From NCBI RefSeq assembly GCF_002113885.1, contig NW_018404455.1, forward strand, positions 807,309 through 855,525: a stretch of 48,217 nucleotides of DNA, given 5' to 3'. Shown here piece after piece: positions 33,524-47,372 of this stretch. The position numbers and the translations under genes are program-made. The stretch is from Mizuhopecten yessoensis. Lineage: Eukaryota. The first letter of the stretch is position 1. The number at the start of each line of letters is the position of its first letter. The notes beneath the pieces are model-generated. The model was not told where the DNA came from, did no database searches, and saw nothing but the letters and a program-made list of their open reading frames with translations.

Positions 33524-36500
33524 CTGTAATGGATGATAGTTCACAGTAAGATGAATGTCATTTCTAAGAACAAAAATAAAAGTACTAACTTGTCAAGGCT
33601 ATCGTGATACACAAAGAAATGTCTGGTTAAAAACTTTGAATTTATTTCGTCCAACAGATCATGTGACAACCCAATTCATATGTCGTAGCAGACATAGGTT
33701 TAAACTTCAAAACAAAACGGTATGAAAATATAACCTAGTTATAAGTTGTTAAATAACAAAGAGTAAACAAATACCGAAAGCACATCCGGATATGACGTAG
33801 TTTTTGGTCTGTCGAGCTAAACACTGTCGAAGGAAACCAATATTTCTTAAAAGTAATCATTTGAATCCTTTATTGTCTGTTTTCCACATTAAGACGGAAA
33901 CCAGAAAATGGCTGTATATCCCCCTTAATCTGGACAGCGGCAAAGGCAAAAAATATTACTTTCTAAACACGTGACAAATTGTTTGTAGAGATTTTCGATA
34001 CCGTGATAAATTTATTGGGTTCTCGCCACCTTAAGTATGCGAGTAATCCATGGCGACGATTAGTTCTGTATCGATCTGGAGAGAAATATTGAGATAAATG
34101 TATTAGTATTCGCATCTTCACACCACGTGACATGATATCGCTGTACTCCAGACGCTTGTAAATGAAACGTCTAATAACTTCGTTATCAACTTCTCAAAAC
34201 TCGCTCGGTTAATCGGAAGAACTTCCCCAGATGTCTGCTTTGCCGTGGTTTTCTATGGCGGTCTTGCTGATGGAATTTAGGGGTATGACGCAGGTGGTTA
34301 TATATTTATACAATCATGTTTATTTCGACACTTCCATTTTCATGTAAATATAATTTCTATGCATTTGAATATATATATTCATATCAATTCAACTAAGCTC
34401 TCAAATTCATAAATTTGAAAATATTGAAACCTATATTACTTCCGACCTTAGATTAGAATTTTTTTTATTTATTTGACACACATCCTTTGTGGTTATCATT
34501 GAATGATGGTCAACAGGTTTTAACTGGGTATTACAGTGTTAATGGCTAGATGAGCTGTTATCACTTTTTACGCCTACTTCACTATGACATTTACGAGAGT
34601 CCAGAGTTCATCAGGGAATTGATCGGCCCAAACAAACGCGGTGATTAAAACGGTTTATTCTTGATAAGACATTTTTATATTTATGGGCGATTACATGGAT
34701 TTTGTATTAATCCAACAGTATTTGACAATTTTTTTTTTGTACTTTTTTCCATCGCTAACACGTGACCTTCCATATAAGGGCACGTCGCATGTTCTGGCAA
34801 TATGCGTGTACCTGCAATCCACTTTGTCATTCCAATCTCGATCGGTTTTGATTGATTTTATTCGTTCTTATCAGGGAACGTCGGGCCGACAATTGAATTC
34901 CATTACCAATCCCAAGAAATAATTAGAAATAATGCACTACCTAATAGGCACAATCTGTTTGAACAGGCTCAATTTATGAAAAAGACATCCCATTCACTCC
35001 ATCGGAATGCAAATTGCTATAAAACAGCTAAATATAACTGAACACTGTCATGCACGTGCCATCGCCCTAGCACTAGTTGTCAGTGTTACGTCGAGTTGGC
35101 CTCTCGTGCCGAAATACCGCTATCGTTAGATGCATATATAACGGGAAAGGTCACGCGAGATCTAAATGTCTGTTCGACTTACATAAGAGAAAGAACTCAG
35201 TGGTAATGGCGCTTCATTGTCCGAGTCAAGATGTGTTTGGTAAAAACACATCAAACAACCGCTTAACGTAAACACATATAAGCACATTCTCCCCCTGCGA
35301 TGTTTCAATTTGATTTGATTTCACCATGGAGAATACGTGTTTGCAGTCCCGACGTAATTAACTTGGAAAATTATCCGTGGTATTGTCTGCTTAGAACACA
35401 CGCTGGCGGGAGTAAATTTGAACAGACAACATCATGTTATGTAGATACTAAGGTTTCAAACGTCATGTCAACTTTCTGGAAGTCAAATAATCAAACGTGT
35501 CTCAGACAACCTATTTGTCGGTCAATTTATGCGCATATCATACTTGAATGTTTCAAGTGTAAAAGCTCACGTCGTCTTCAAAGATGAATCAGCATATACC
35601 CCATTGCTGTTTCGATACCTTGAGACCATCAAGTCTCTACGGTAGGCGGATTCAAATAGTGCACATAGTAAATTAAACAGTCTAATTTACTAATAGATTC
35701 CCACGTTGAACAAATGCTACCAAGTCTAGACATAATCTAAAATGTTCATGAACATTGACAAATGGCTTCGTTATTATAAAGGTTAGGCACCTATCCCGGC
35801 ATGCATTATTCTTTCACTTGTATAAGTATCTATTTGGATTTTGTGACTTCAACAATATTGCCTCCAGAAGCGTTGATGAGGTTTTCTTCATTCAAACATG
35901 CATGTCCCGTGCACTAAAGTCGGCATTTCGTGTGTTTCATTGATCCCGATAGAACATTTTACATTTTAAATCAGAAATGGGAGTGAACTAGTTCATTCTT
36001 TGAGAAATGACATTTTTTATATCGGAATGATTTTGTATTTCGCTGCTTATTGCCAGGGTTCGGAAATGTTAATGTTCGTCATGCACGAAAGGGCTGGGCA
36101 TTTCATAAATTGCCTTGTGCAAGTATAGGGGGCTGTAGTTTTATTTTATACTCGGAGGCCGGACACATGAATATGGGCTAGCGTCCACACACACGAACAC
36201 ATATCGAACAAAACCGCAAACCCATCCATCACACATTATATCTTAGACAATTCATGAAAACTCCATAAAACCTTCGAATTGATTGATGTCTGCAATGATC
36301 TACCAGATATTTCCAAACTACCCGTCAAGATCACCCAAGCGTTTGAAATATACTGGGTGACCAAGACGTCAGTGTAGACACCAGACACCCCGTATCTGTG
36401 ATAGTACGTGGCGGGATCACTACCGGTTATAAAACCATCGAATTTTTTATGTTGTTATTATTTTTGTTATTTTTTGGTGAAGTTTGTGGGATGCTTTCGC

Positions 36501-39500
36501 GAATAGATTTTGCGATATGTGATTGCTCGAAATGTGTAGATACAAAGCAGAGTACTGTATTATTTTAGAAACCTAGTGTTCGTTGTTCTGATAAAACATG
36601 AATGATTCCCGTATGTTTTCTGAGTTCCCGACGGTTTAAATATGTAAACAAGATATCATCGTGAGTAGTCAAAGCTTTGTAATAATTGAAGAAAAATAAG
36701 TAGAATTTGACCTGTTAACTCGGCATTGAATTGTGTAAAAAATATTATGGTTACTTAGTTGTTGGTATCTGTTCTAATATATTCCTCAATATCACGTCCC
36801 CGCTCCTTGTGATAATGCATCTCCTTAAGATTGTCAATTACTTGTAAGAATAAATATCCCCATGCAAAGTCAGAGATGTTATAATATATTTACCTGATTG
36901 GTCAGTCTGTTGACCATCTTGTGATTAGTCAGACATATTATATCTAGCTGATTGGTCAGTCTGTCGACCATCTTAGGATTAGTCAGAAATATTAGATCTA
37001 CCTGATTATTCAGTCTGTCAACCATCTTGGGATTAGTCAGAAATATAACATCTACCTGATTAGTAAGTCTGTTGACCATCTTGTAATTAGTTAGAAATAT
37101 TATATCTACCTGATTGGTCAGTGTGTTGACCATCTTGTGATTAGTCAAACATAGTATATCTACCTGATTAGTAAGTCTGTTGACCATCTTATAATTAGTC
37201 AGAAATATTATATTTACCTGTTTGGTCAGTCTGTTGACCAGCTTGGGATTAGTCAGCAATATTACATCTACCTGATTATTCAGTCTGTCAACCATCTTGT
37301 AATTAGTCAGAAATATTATATCTACATGATTGGTCAGTCTGTCAACCATCTTGTAATTGGTCAGAAATATTATATTTACCTGTTTGGTCAGTCTGTTGAC
37401 CAGCTTGGGATTAGTCAGAAATATTATATCTACCTGATTGGTCAGTCTGTCAACCATCTTGGGATTAGTCAGAAATATTACATCTACCTGATTATTCAGT
37501 CGGTCGACCATCTTGTAACTAGTCAGAAATTGTATATTTACCTGATTAGTAAGTCTGTTGACCATCTTGTAATTAGTCAGAAATATTATATCTAGCTGAT
37601 TGGTCAGTCTGTCGACCATCTTGGGATTAGTCAGAAATATTATATCTACCTGATTGGTCAGTCTGGCGACCATCTTGGGATAAGTCAGAAATATTATATC
37701 TACCTGATTGGTCAGTCTGGCGACCATCTTGGGAGCCTTCTGTAGGTGTTGTTTGAAGAGTCGGCGGCTGATTCGGACACAATCAGCTCCATTACTAACT
37801 ACTATCAAACTAGGCTGAGGCTGGTCTTCGAACACGATGTATTGTAGACCCTGCGAGTGGACATCAGTTTAATGACATTACCAAACAACAGTTAGAAGAA
37901 AAGCAACAATAGATAGATCAATGTGGTTTGAAGACAAATATCAGTTTTATGTAAAAAGGTCAACTTTCAGTACCGTCTTAGCCCTGATATTGTCAGAATT
38001 TTGTGGACAATGAAACGTCCTTGACCTTATTTTGGAAACCTACGGCGTCCAATACAAAATTATCAAATAATGAAAACATAAACTATACAGTTTATATGTC
38101 TATAATCTCATCTTATCGTTACTTTAAACACAGGTTATACATTTTGCTAATACAGACATATATTATTAGGCAAGTCACTGCTGACAGTACAGTGTTAGTA
38201 TTGGTAGGTCTGTATCATTATGTCGGATTGCCTGTGGGTCTGTTTTTGTTATTCTGTTTTCATTTAATAATTTATGCATATAATTAACATGTTTGGGGAT
38301 GCACAAGTGTTCTCTCTATAGATACTCTACTCATGATGTCTATCATCAGTCCAGCGTGACAAGTGCAAGCTAGAACAAGTGATGATTTAATTCTATTGTA
38401 AATATTGTAAATATCCTCACTCAAAAGAATGGCAGCCCATTGGATTATTCCACAATCAAATATGAAAATTAAATATAATATAGTTTATGATGTTTCAAGA
38501 GTTTCTATTTCACCTCTTAAATCTTACCTTCACTTATATCTACATGTATCTAATAAAGATATTTTTTATAAATAAATTTCAAATTTTCTTCTAAAACTTT
38601 CTGGTGTTTACATTTTTCTTCGTTACGTGTAATTGTCCGTTACCTGTCAATTGTTGAACACAACAAAGGAGAGGTACGGCCCATTAATGGACAAAGCGAA
38701 TATTTTACTTCATTTTACACTCTAGCATTTATGTACGATGATAACCATCGATGATGATACAATTACAGCTGAATCACCCCAAAATCGTTTGTGTTGTGCA
38801 AGGATCTGAGGACGGTATGAATACTAGGATATAATAGAGAATAAATGATATAAGAAGGAAAGAAAATGCAAGCAGCTGGATTGTATTAAAAACATCGCAT
38901 AAAAGTTTTTTATCATATCTACTGCATTTTTTATTGGTTGTTTGATATTTTTATCAATACTTACAAATACTTCGCCTTTTTTAAGTGTTTGTACCTTGAC
39001 AAACAGAGGGTTTCTATCCGCCTCCGTCTCTTCATGTTCCTGTGTAGGTAAACAAATCAAAAGTGTAACATTTACTGGCGAGTTATATGTATACACAAGT
39101 ATAGACATACGGCTAACATTCTGTTAACAGTCTGGCATTTGAAAACTCGTATCTATTCCTCGAGCTGTCAAACCAATGTTTGTATCGAAGTTATTGTTAC
39201 ACGTATGTGGTTCAAGATTTGAAGCAAAAAGTCTATCAATCAAATTATTTGTGAACGATTTCAGAATCACTTAAGGTGGAAACAACTAAAGTAAGGGCAA
39301 TTCTGCAGGGGGTGAAAATTGCATTTTTTTCAAATCTTCAAAAGTAACTAATATAATGAGTTAAAATATATTTCAGAATCTTTTGATAAGCTGTATTCGA
39401 TAGAAAGAACTATTTTTACCGACATGTGACAGGACTTGCAGAAATTATAAAGAAATAACAAGAAGTTCGGCATAAAACAATCTTATGGTACTGCATTGTT

Positions 39501-42500
39501 TGTTTGTGAAATTCTGATATCATAAAGGAATTGTGCGCTGTATCAAAGACGACACGAGAGAAAATAGTCCAAAAGGAAATGGAAGCTTTGCCATACACAG
39601 AGGGTGGGTGAGGTGGCAGATGAAACGGTGGGCATGTTTATATTGAGTTTTCACTTATTAAGATTTATGTGTGTTGTGATGAAATGCCACAGCTCAGCTC
39701 TGACAGTGCGATGAGGTGGCAGTGTTTTCAATGTAGTAAAAGCTGTCTCCGCACGTACTGTTTACTGGCCTAAACACGTGACAGTGGACCATTATGTACA
39801 AGTTTATATACCACAGGTTTGTTATTGTACCGAAGCTGACAAGACAGAAATTTAATCAGCAATTTGTTCCCCGTGTTTAAAAATCGATGGAAACCTACTC
39901 CAATTGGGAAACTAAAGTCAAATAATCACGGTGTTTGGAAGGGAAAAGGCATCTGCGCTCCCTCCATCTCTACATATATATATGAGGCAAAGAAGTAATT
40001 CCACATATATATATATACACATGTTTATGTCTGGGAATGATTTGGGAATTCATTGAGCACCAGTTTTAGCAATTCAACGGTTCTGTCGCCCAACAATCCT
40101 CTGAAATTGCAGTTTAAAATGCAGCATGCCTTCCCAATGGCTTTGAAATGTTACCAAAACCGAACTGTCGCATTACCTTGCTTTCTAATAAATCAGTTTT
40201 GATTATAGAATCTTCTTCAATAAGAGTTCGAAGACGCTGGGAAATGAACCATATACCTCTTATGTGTAAACAAAATATTCATTTAATGTTATAAACCATT
40301 ATATATATAAATGAAGTTTCTATAAACGTGGTTCTAATGCATATTTGATCAGTTAAATATTGGTTTTAATCAGATCGAAAGTGAGACCATATCTTATTGA
40401 ATTACTAGCCCTTTTACAATGAGCCGAATAAATATATATTTTGATTAAAGTCAAAATACAAATGTAAACTTCGCAATCTGATTGTTTTTCAAAGAATCTC
40501 ATTACCAAAATATCTTCTACACACTACATTAAAGAGAAATACGTTAGTAGTGTTCAGCAATTCGACTTATAAATTGTCATGGCAATACAAAATACATTTT
40601 GTTACCTGCTGTCTAATGAGAAATGAAACAAAGCCACATACTTTCACTAACTAGGACTAGAAGCTGACATTTGAGGTATCGGAGGATTTATATGTATTAC
40701 ATCTGAATTCTTCGGCAGTGGAGTCCATCAATAGTCTTCATATAAAACGTTTTTAGAAGAAAAAAGGCATATCCAAAACTTATGGCGAACATTTAGTTTA
40801 TCTTTTTTAAAATAAATGCATTTTTTGTTTTGCAATGCCCAGTTGGGAAAAGTGAAAAAGTTTCAAACCTATTTTATAGGCGATAGTCAGCATTTATCAA
40901 TAGGAAAACAGGAAGACCTTTTTTTCCCCAATAATTGTCAGTTTCAATGTTGAATTTATCTGCTTTTACTCGAACACATAGTCATTGCAATCATCTGCGT
41001 AAAATAATGTAAAATTCATCCTAAAAATGTCTTGACGAAGCTATATGGTTCCTAGGAAAACATGGCCGCTCTTTTCAAGGTCATTTTTCGGTCTGAAAAG
41101 CTCTGCAATACTTGAATTTCATTTGAAATGAACGAAGTGACTAAATCTTCTTTTATTTTGATGTAGAAATAAAGATATTTTGTTGACTGTTTAGATGGGT
41201 GACTGAAAAATGCGTCGAAACATATCGCTATTCTTTATTTTACATCCCCTGTAAATGGTGTCGTTAACTAGCCACAACCAGGTTTGGTACCTACCTGTGT
41301 GATAGACACCGCTTGTCTGTGTTTTGTGTCCACTAAAGAAACAAAAACATCGATGCATACCTCATGTCTATATTGTTCGTCCCGAATAGAATGCATTGAT
41401 ACGTACCGCCAGTCTGTACTGAGCGTCCCAGTCGTCAAATATCGTCCTCCGACCTTCTCGTTTTTCGGGAGCCGGGTTACCGTTCACGTCCCGAATCTCC
41501 ACGTTTTCTGTTTAATAAATGATTGTAAATACACTATTCTAGCTTTATTCACGTTCTTTAAAAAAAAGGTCATCTCGTCGGTACAAAGAAGGCACGCTAG
41601 CTGGACGTTCCCAGTATCATAGTAATCCTAACTACTGCATTAAAGGAAGGTCGTTTGACCACCTTGACAGGACGTTGGTTCCGATGTTGAAACTCTAGCT
41701 CTGTAATTGACACTTATGATACAACTTTAATAAGTTTAAACGTACATGTAGATACTATTCAATAATGGCGGATGGTATGATAACACTGGTATTATGTCGT
41801 TGTGCCGGCTGGGTACTATTAGTGTCAATGAATAAGTTCACGAACAAGAAGCAAAGTAAAACTTTTATGTTTTGAAGAGAAGGATTTAAAATGCATTCGG
41901 AATTTTGATTGAATGTCATTATGGCTAAAAGATGTATATGCCTTATATTACCGTTGAAGGCACTCAATTTACTGACACAGACTTTATGTGCAACATTAAT
42001 AATACCATTCGAAAATTTAGAATTAATTATTAAATAGTTAATTACTATTCTTTAACAAATTACAATTTCCTTTTCAAACGATACAAATTTAATTCAAAAT
42101 TAACAACAATCAGAAAAAAATCTTCACCTTCTTCTTTTTCACTTTTTTCTGTCTCGGTCATTGAAGTCAGTGTCCTTGGATTCGACTAAAACATAAAGCG
42201 TTGTTAGGATTTCGATGCAGGGGAGCAACTATTACGTGTTCAACCACGAACTGACCAGCAAACTGGACTTAAATTTGCGACAATATGAAGCCGCTTATCT
42301 AAAATAAATGTACGGTGTAAGGGAAGCAACTCTTACATTCTTACAGGTATGACTTGACAGGCAGATCCGTGCAAAAGTTGAATGCTAAAATCATGATGCA
42401 GGGGAAGCAACTCTTACTTCTTTTAAAAGTATGATGAGACAGCAATGCATAATACATTTTTCGATGTGTAATATTTTTCTCTCAAAGCGATTTTCGTTTA

Positions 42501-45500
42501 TTACTCTCCATCCCTCCATACATTTTAGGAAGGAGAGGGGGCCGCTGGCGATCGACCCAGTCCAGTTCCGCTACATATTGATTATGAAAATTGAAAGATT
42601 TGTTAAGTTATGCTCGCAAGTAATCTGATTTTTTTTATCGAACATTATGTTTGCAACAATCCACGAGGTGTCTTTTGTATGATTGCGTTAGCATGCCATC
42701 GAAAAGGTATACCTTCTGATGTCGATATATGGCGGATTTGGCAAATCTTTCTCGACGCCCGGACGTGGGCGTGGTCATGTGGAAGGCGGTTGAGGGGCGG
42801 AGCACTTGGTCCAACCTTTCCAGGAGGGGTGCTGACTTGATGTCGTAGCTGAGATTGCTCCTGGCCGAGAGGGGGGTGTCCTCGCTACATTCATCGTCGC
42901 TGTCCATGGACAAGGCGTGAGGGATATGCAGACCTAGAAATTAACAAACAGTGACTAAGATTTTGCACAGGTAATTCTTGTTTTGTTATCTAAAACTACG
43001 TTAAGAACTTTTAACATTTCTACCAATTACGGAGTGTCCTTACTAGACAGATATATATAAAAAAAAAAAAAAATCTGAAGTTGACAAAATTATATTGGTG
43101 TTTTGTCACCATTGTGAACAGTGTTAACAACTAACAGCGACTATTGAGTGACCCACCCATCTTATCTTATGTAAAACAGATCTGACACCAAGTTTCACTA
43201 ACCTAATCAAATCCACTCTTGTAAGTTTTTCATACTTTATACAAATAATGTCGAATTCCTTGTCAACGTTATTGAGGGAAGGGTGACAGACAGAGTTACG
43301 GACGTGTTCATACTCGTCCGTGGATTCTGTCGTCAAATGCCCTTTGCTATTGTGTGCACGTGCAATACATAAGGTCATATGAGTAGGTTGTCCGTAGAAG
43401 ATGGACTATTCAAAGGCCGCCTGGAAGTGTCATCGTGTCGCAAACAAGTAAACACGGAGAATATAAACGGGGGAAGGAGTGTAGGGGTGAATGACGGATC
43501 ATATTGATGATGTACGTACCGTTGTATCGGGCATGTCTGCTGTAGTCTGTGTCCCGGACGAGGAAAGCCTGGTACCCGTCCGTATGCGCCTTTTGCATGT
43601 GTCGTCCCGTCTTGTGACTAACTGACGGTAGTGTTTTCACAAGCTTTTTGAGCACCTGGATCGAACCCTACAGAAAACAAGGAAACGGGCACTTGCATCT
43701 CATCTTAGATATGGTACAGCTTGCCAGGACACTTTAGAAAAATATGTGGTTGTAATGAAACTTTGATACCATTATTTTTTAACTGTCCTCGAACTTATTA
43801 TTCCAGGCCTACTACACCCACAAGTTCGCCGACATGTATAGCAAAGTCTTTCAAGACACTTAAGGTATTTGTCTTTGTATATTTCCTGAATATCTATGTA
43901 TTCATTCATTTATTCATTTACATTCTTCTGTCTCTTTTACTATCAATCGTCCATTCATTTTCTACCGTTATAACCATTTTGTGTTGAGATAGTATCTCTT
44001 CCCGAAACATCCACTGGACAACTTTAAAGTACCAATCTTACCGACTTGACTATGTAGAGCCAGTCCGACCGTCTACTATCGAACTCCATGACCGTGTTAC
44101 GTCTGGTGGAGAAATAGAATCAAGATTACACTTTTATAATAAATGGTGTCACGTGGTTATTTTTCGAATATTTAACCTTTCTTAGCCTTGATAAATGAAA
44201 CGTATATAAATAAATATAGGTACACACAAAGTATATTCAAACAAAACCATAGTATAAACAGTTTAAAAAGGAAAGAGGCCAAGCTCGATAATCCACTCCT
44301 AACGCCCAGCCAATGTCGACGTCTAATTTTAACCGTAATAAAACAATAAAATTGTCTATTGTCTATTTTATACTTTTATAATCATTCAATGAAAAAACAA
44401 ATACAAGAATGGAATCATAACCTTTTTTATGTCTAGGACTTTGAGAACATTTTTATAACACCAATAACGACTTACTGTACGTAGCTAGTCATAAACTGTT
44501 TCGGGTGATCCTTCAGTATATGTAAGGGCCAGCCTTGCAGAAAACTCTGGTTTCTGGTGGAATAAATATAAAATGTATCTGATATTGCGTGCGAGTTATC
44601 CCCCTTTACCCACCTGGTGCTGCGTGAAAGTATGTAGTACGTATACAGTGTAATTTAAGACCGATATGCATTCTCTTGCAAAATTCATCCATACATTGAC
44701 TAAGGGAAGTGTATATTCCTTTAAGTCAGGTTATAACGTAAACAGTACCGTGGACAATTACTGCATAGTCTGGTCACACATTACACTTTGCTCCGATTGA
44801 AAACTTGTCGCAAGAATAGCATTACATTGCTAATATATATATTATATAAATATGCGACGTTAAATAAACATTCTTGTATTTTGTATCTTCACGGTTATAT
44901 CAGCGAAAAACAAATTATTTTTAGTTGTTTGATTTTTCCACTGTGACATGTAAACAAATGTATTATATTTAATACTTTAGCATGATAAACTTACAGTAAA
45001 AAGGGGTCTACCTCGGGATCCAGCCTGTTTCCTCCCATCACTATCGTTTTGAAGTCCTTAGTAACATAACAATACGTATATCTATAATACAATAACTGTT
45101 TTGATTGTAAACTAATACAAGACTTTAATTGTTATTCACGGAATAAAATGTACTGTTCACACATAAAATCTTGATTATTGTTGATACCACTGGATATTGT
45201 CATGGCTAATTGTTGATACCACTGGATATTGTCATGGCTAATTGTTGATACCACTGGATATTGTCATGGCTAATTGTTGCGTGAATCTCCTACATGAAAT
45301 GTATACTTTGGTTTTATCAATGTTAATGGTTATTTCGTAATTTAAAAAGAAAATGTTGTATAAAAATGACTGCATACTTCGTAATTATATAGCATAAACT
45401 TCTTATACATGTACGACGTGGTCGCAGCTTAAGTCGGAGTCTGTATCTATCATTATCATAAGTCGGAGTCTGTATCTATCATTATCTTAAGTCGGAGTCT

Positions 45501-47372
45501 GTATATATCATTATCTTAAGTCGGAGTCTGTATCTATCATTGTCTGTATCTATCATTATCTTAAGTCGGAGTCTGTATCTATCATTATCTTAAGTTGGAG
45601 TCTGTATCTACAATTATCTTAAGTCGGAGTCTGTATCTATCATTATTATAAGTCGGAGTCTGTATCTATCATTATCTGTATCTATCATTATTATAAGTCG
45701 GAGTCTGTATCTATCATTATTATAAGTCGGAGTCTGTATCTATCATTGTCTGTATCTATCATTATTATAAGTCGGAGTCTGTATCTATCATTATTATAAG
45801 TCGGAGTATGTTTCTAGCATTGTCTGTATCTATCATTATCTTAAGTCGGAGTCTGTATCTATCATTATCTTAAGTCGGAGTCTGTATCTATCATTATCTT
45901 AAGTCGGAGTCTGTATCTATCATTATCATAAGTCGGAGTCTGTATCTATCATTGTCTGTATCTATCATGATCTTAAGTCGGAGTCTGTATCTACAATTAT
46001 CTTAAGTCGGAGTCTGTATCTATCATTATCTTAAGTCGGAGTCTGTATCTATCATTATCTTAAGTCGGAGTCTGTATCTATCATTATCATAAGTTGGAGT
46101 CTGTATCTATCATTATCATAAGTCGGAGTCTGTATCTATCATTATCATAAGTCGGAGTCTGTAACTAGCATTATCTTAAGCCGGAGTCTGTATCTATCAT
46201 TATCTTAAATCGGAGTCTGTATCTATCATTGTCTGTATCTATCATTGTCTGTATCTATCATTGTCTGTAACTAGCATTATCTTAAGTCGGAGTCTGTATC
46301 TATCATTATCTTAAATCGGAGTCTGTATCTATCCTTGTCTGTATCTATCATTGTCTGTATCTATTATTGTCTGTATCTATCATTATCTTAAGTCGGAGTC
46401 TGTATCTATCACTATTATAAGTCGGAGTCTGTTTCTATCATTATCTTAAGTCTGAGTATGTATCTATCATTATCATAAGTCGAAGTCTGTATCTATTATT
46501 ATCATAAGTCGGTGTCTGTATCTATCATTATCATAAGTCGGTGTCTGTATCTATCATTATCGTACGTCGGAGTCTGTATCTATCATTATTATAAGTCGGA
46601 GTCTGTATCTATCATTATCATAAGTCGAAGTCTGTATCTATCATTATCATAAGTCGGTGTCTGTATCTATCATTATCATAAGTCGGAGTCTGTATCTATC
46701 ATTATTATAAGTCGGAGTCTGTATCTATCATTATCTTAAGTCGGAGTCTGTATCTATCATTATTATAAGTCGGAGTCTGTTTCTATCATTATCTTAAGTC
46801 GGAGTCTGTATCTATCATTATCTTAAGTCTGAGTCTGTATCTATCATTATCATAAGTCGAAGTCTGTATCTATCATTATTATAAGTCGGGGTCTGTTTCT
46901 AGCATTATCTTAAGTCGGAGTCTGTATCTATCATTATCATAAGTCGGAGTCTGTATCTATCATTATCTTAAGTCGGTGTCTGTATCTAGCATTATCTTAA
47001 GTCGGAGTCTGTATCTAGCATTATCTTAAATCGGAGTCGGTCTGTATCTATCATTATCTTAAGTTGGAGTCTGATTCTAGCATTATCTTAAGTCGGAGTA
47101 TGTATCTATCATTATCTTTTCGGAAAATTAATTCAATAAATACGAGTGAATTACATACAAAAGGATAGTACAGTATATATATTTAACAAGAATCTTCCCT
47201 CCCTCAATTAAAAAAGTGGAATTTAAATAAAACGTTTAGACCAATGGTTACATGGCAACCCCAGAGGAAGTAGACACAGATTAGTTACCTCGGCGGAGAC
47301 CCGGAGTAGCTCCGTGTACGTCTCTGTGATGATGGAGCCTTGTCGAGGCTTTCCGTGGTATATCCCAAGTTC
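33368..47372 (-). CDS. Cyclic nucleotide-binding domain protein (CNBD2-like), 5' partial, 11 exons, 396 aa in window
   Basis: Phase-consistent GT-AG exons totalling 1191 nt. cNMP-domain motifs ELGI...PRQGSIIT...ELL, WLYIVKSG, LKKGEVFG, SLIVVSNGADC; C-terminal YPTDEELQ...VNWESYK. Confidence 0.9.
36879..37733 (-). repeat. 54-bp tandem array (x~16) of the exon end plus splice donor
   Basis: Unit cccaagatggtcgccagactgaccaatcag|gtagatataatatttctgactaat; stop-free in the coding frame. Confidence 0.95.
37704..37850 (-). CDS. CNBD gene penultimate exon (GLQYIVFEDQ...KMVARLTNQ), first donor
   Basis: ctcgcag / gtagat, 147 nt, phase 0-0. Confidence 0.85.
38965..39039 (-). CDS. CNBD gene exon (EHEETEADRNPLFVKVQTLKKGEVF)
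   Basis: cacag / gtaagt, 75 nt, phase 0-0. Confidence 0.9.
41407..41507 (-). CDS. CNBD gene exon (ENVEIRDVNG...DAQYRLA)
   Basis: aaacag / gtacgt, 101 nt, phase 1-0. Confidence 0.75.
42128..42185 (-). CDS. CNBD gene exon (SNPRTLTSMTETEKSEKEE)
   Basis: gttttag / gtgaag, 58 nt, phase 0-1. Confidence 0.7.
42713..42933 (-). CDS. CNBD gene exon (GLHIPHALSMDSDD...YRHQK)
   Basis: tttctag / gtatac, 221 nt, phase 1-0, GC-rich. Confidence 0.8.
43520..43667 (-). CDS. CNBD gene exon (GSIQVLKKL...RHARYN)
   Basis: ttttctgtag / gtacgt, 148 nt, phase 0-1. Confidence 0.85.
44042..44102 (-). CDS. CNBD gene exon (RNTVMEFDSRRSDWLYIVKS)
   Basis: ccaccag / gtaaga, 61 nt, phase 2-0. Confidence 0.9.
44476..44553 (-). 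CDS. CNBD gene exon (NQSFLQGWPLHILKDHPKQFMTSYV)
   Basis: ccaccag / gtaagt, 78 nt, phase 2-2. Confidence 0.88.
44995..45056 (-). CDS. CNBD gene exon (DFKTIVMGGNRLDPEVDPFL)
   Basis: aag / gtaagt, 62 nt, phase 0-2. Confidence 0.85.
45178..45279. repeat. 32-bp perfect tandem repeat x3
   Basis: ttgttgataccactggatattgtcatggctaa. Confidence 0.95.
45428..47117. repeat. 29-bp intronic minisatellite (~1.7 kb) with interspersed 16-bp partial units
   Basis: cttaagtcggagtctgtatctatcattat and gtctgtatctatcatt. Confidence 0.97.
47289..47372 (-). CDS. CNBD gene exon (ELGIYHGKPRQGSIITETYTELLRVSAE)
   Basis: ttacag / gtaact, 84 nt; phosphate-binding cassette. Confidence 0.9.

Noticed and set aside
35300-36828. 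Possible decayed Kolobok transposase (minus-strand QQWGIC*) with a TTAA/GG end at ~36825
   Set aside because: Only a short motif, no matching second terminus found, and too degenerate to support by eye.
36879-37835. 318-aa ORF as a stand-alone repeat-protein gene
   Set aside because: Its N-terminus is an internal CNBD exon with a splice acceptor, and the listed start is a GTG within that exon.
42215-42435. Three spaced copies of agggaagcaactcttac
   Set aside because: Irregular spacing and degenerate; likely remnant core repeats of a non-autonomous element.
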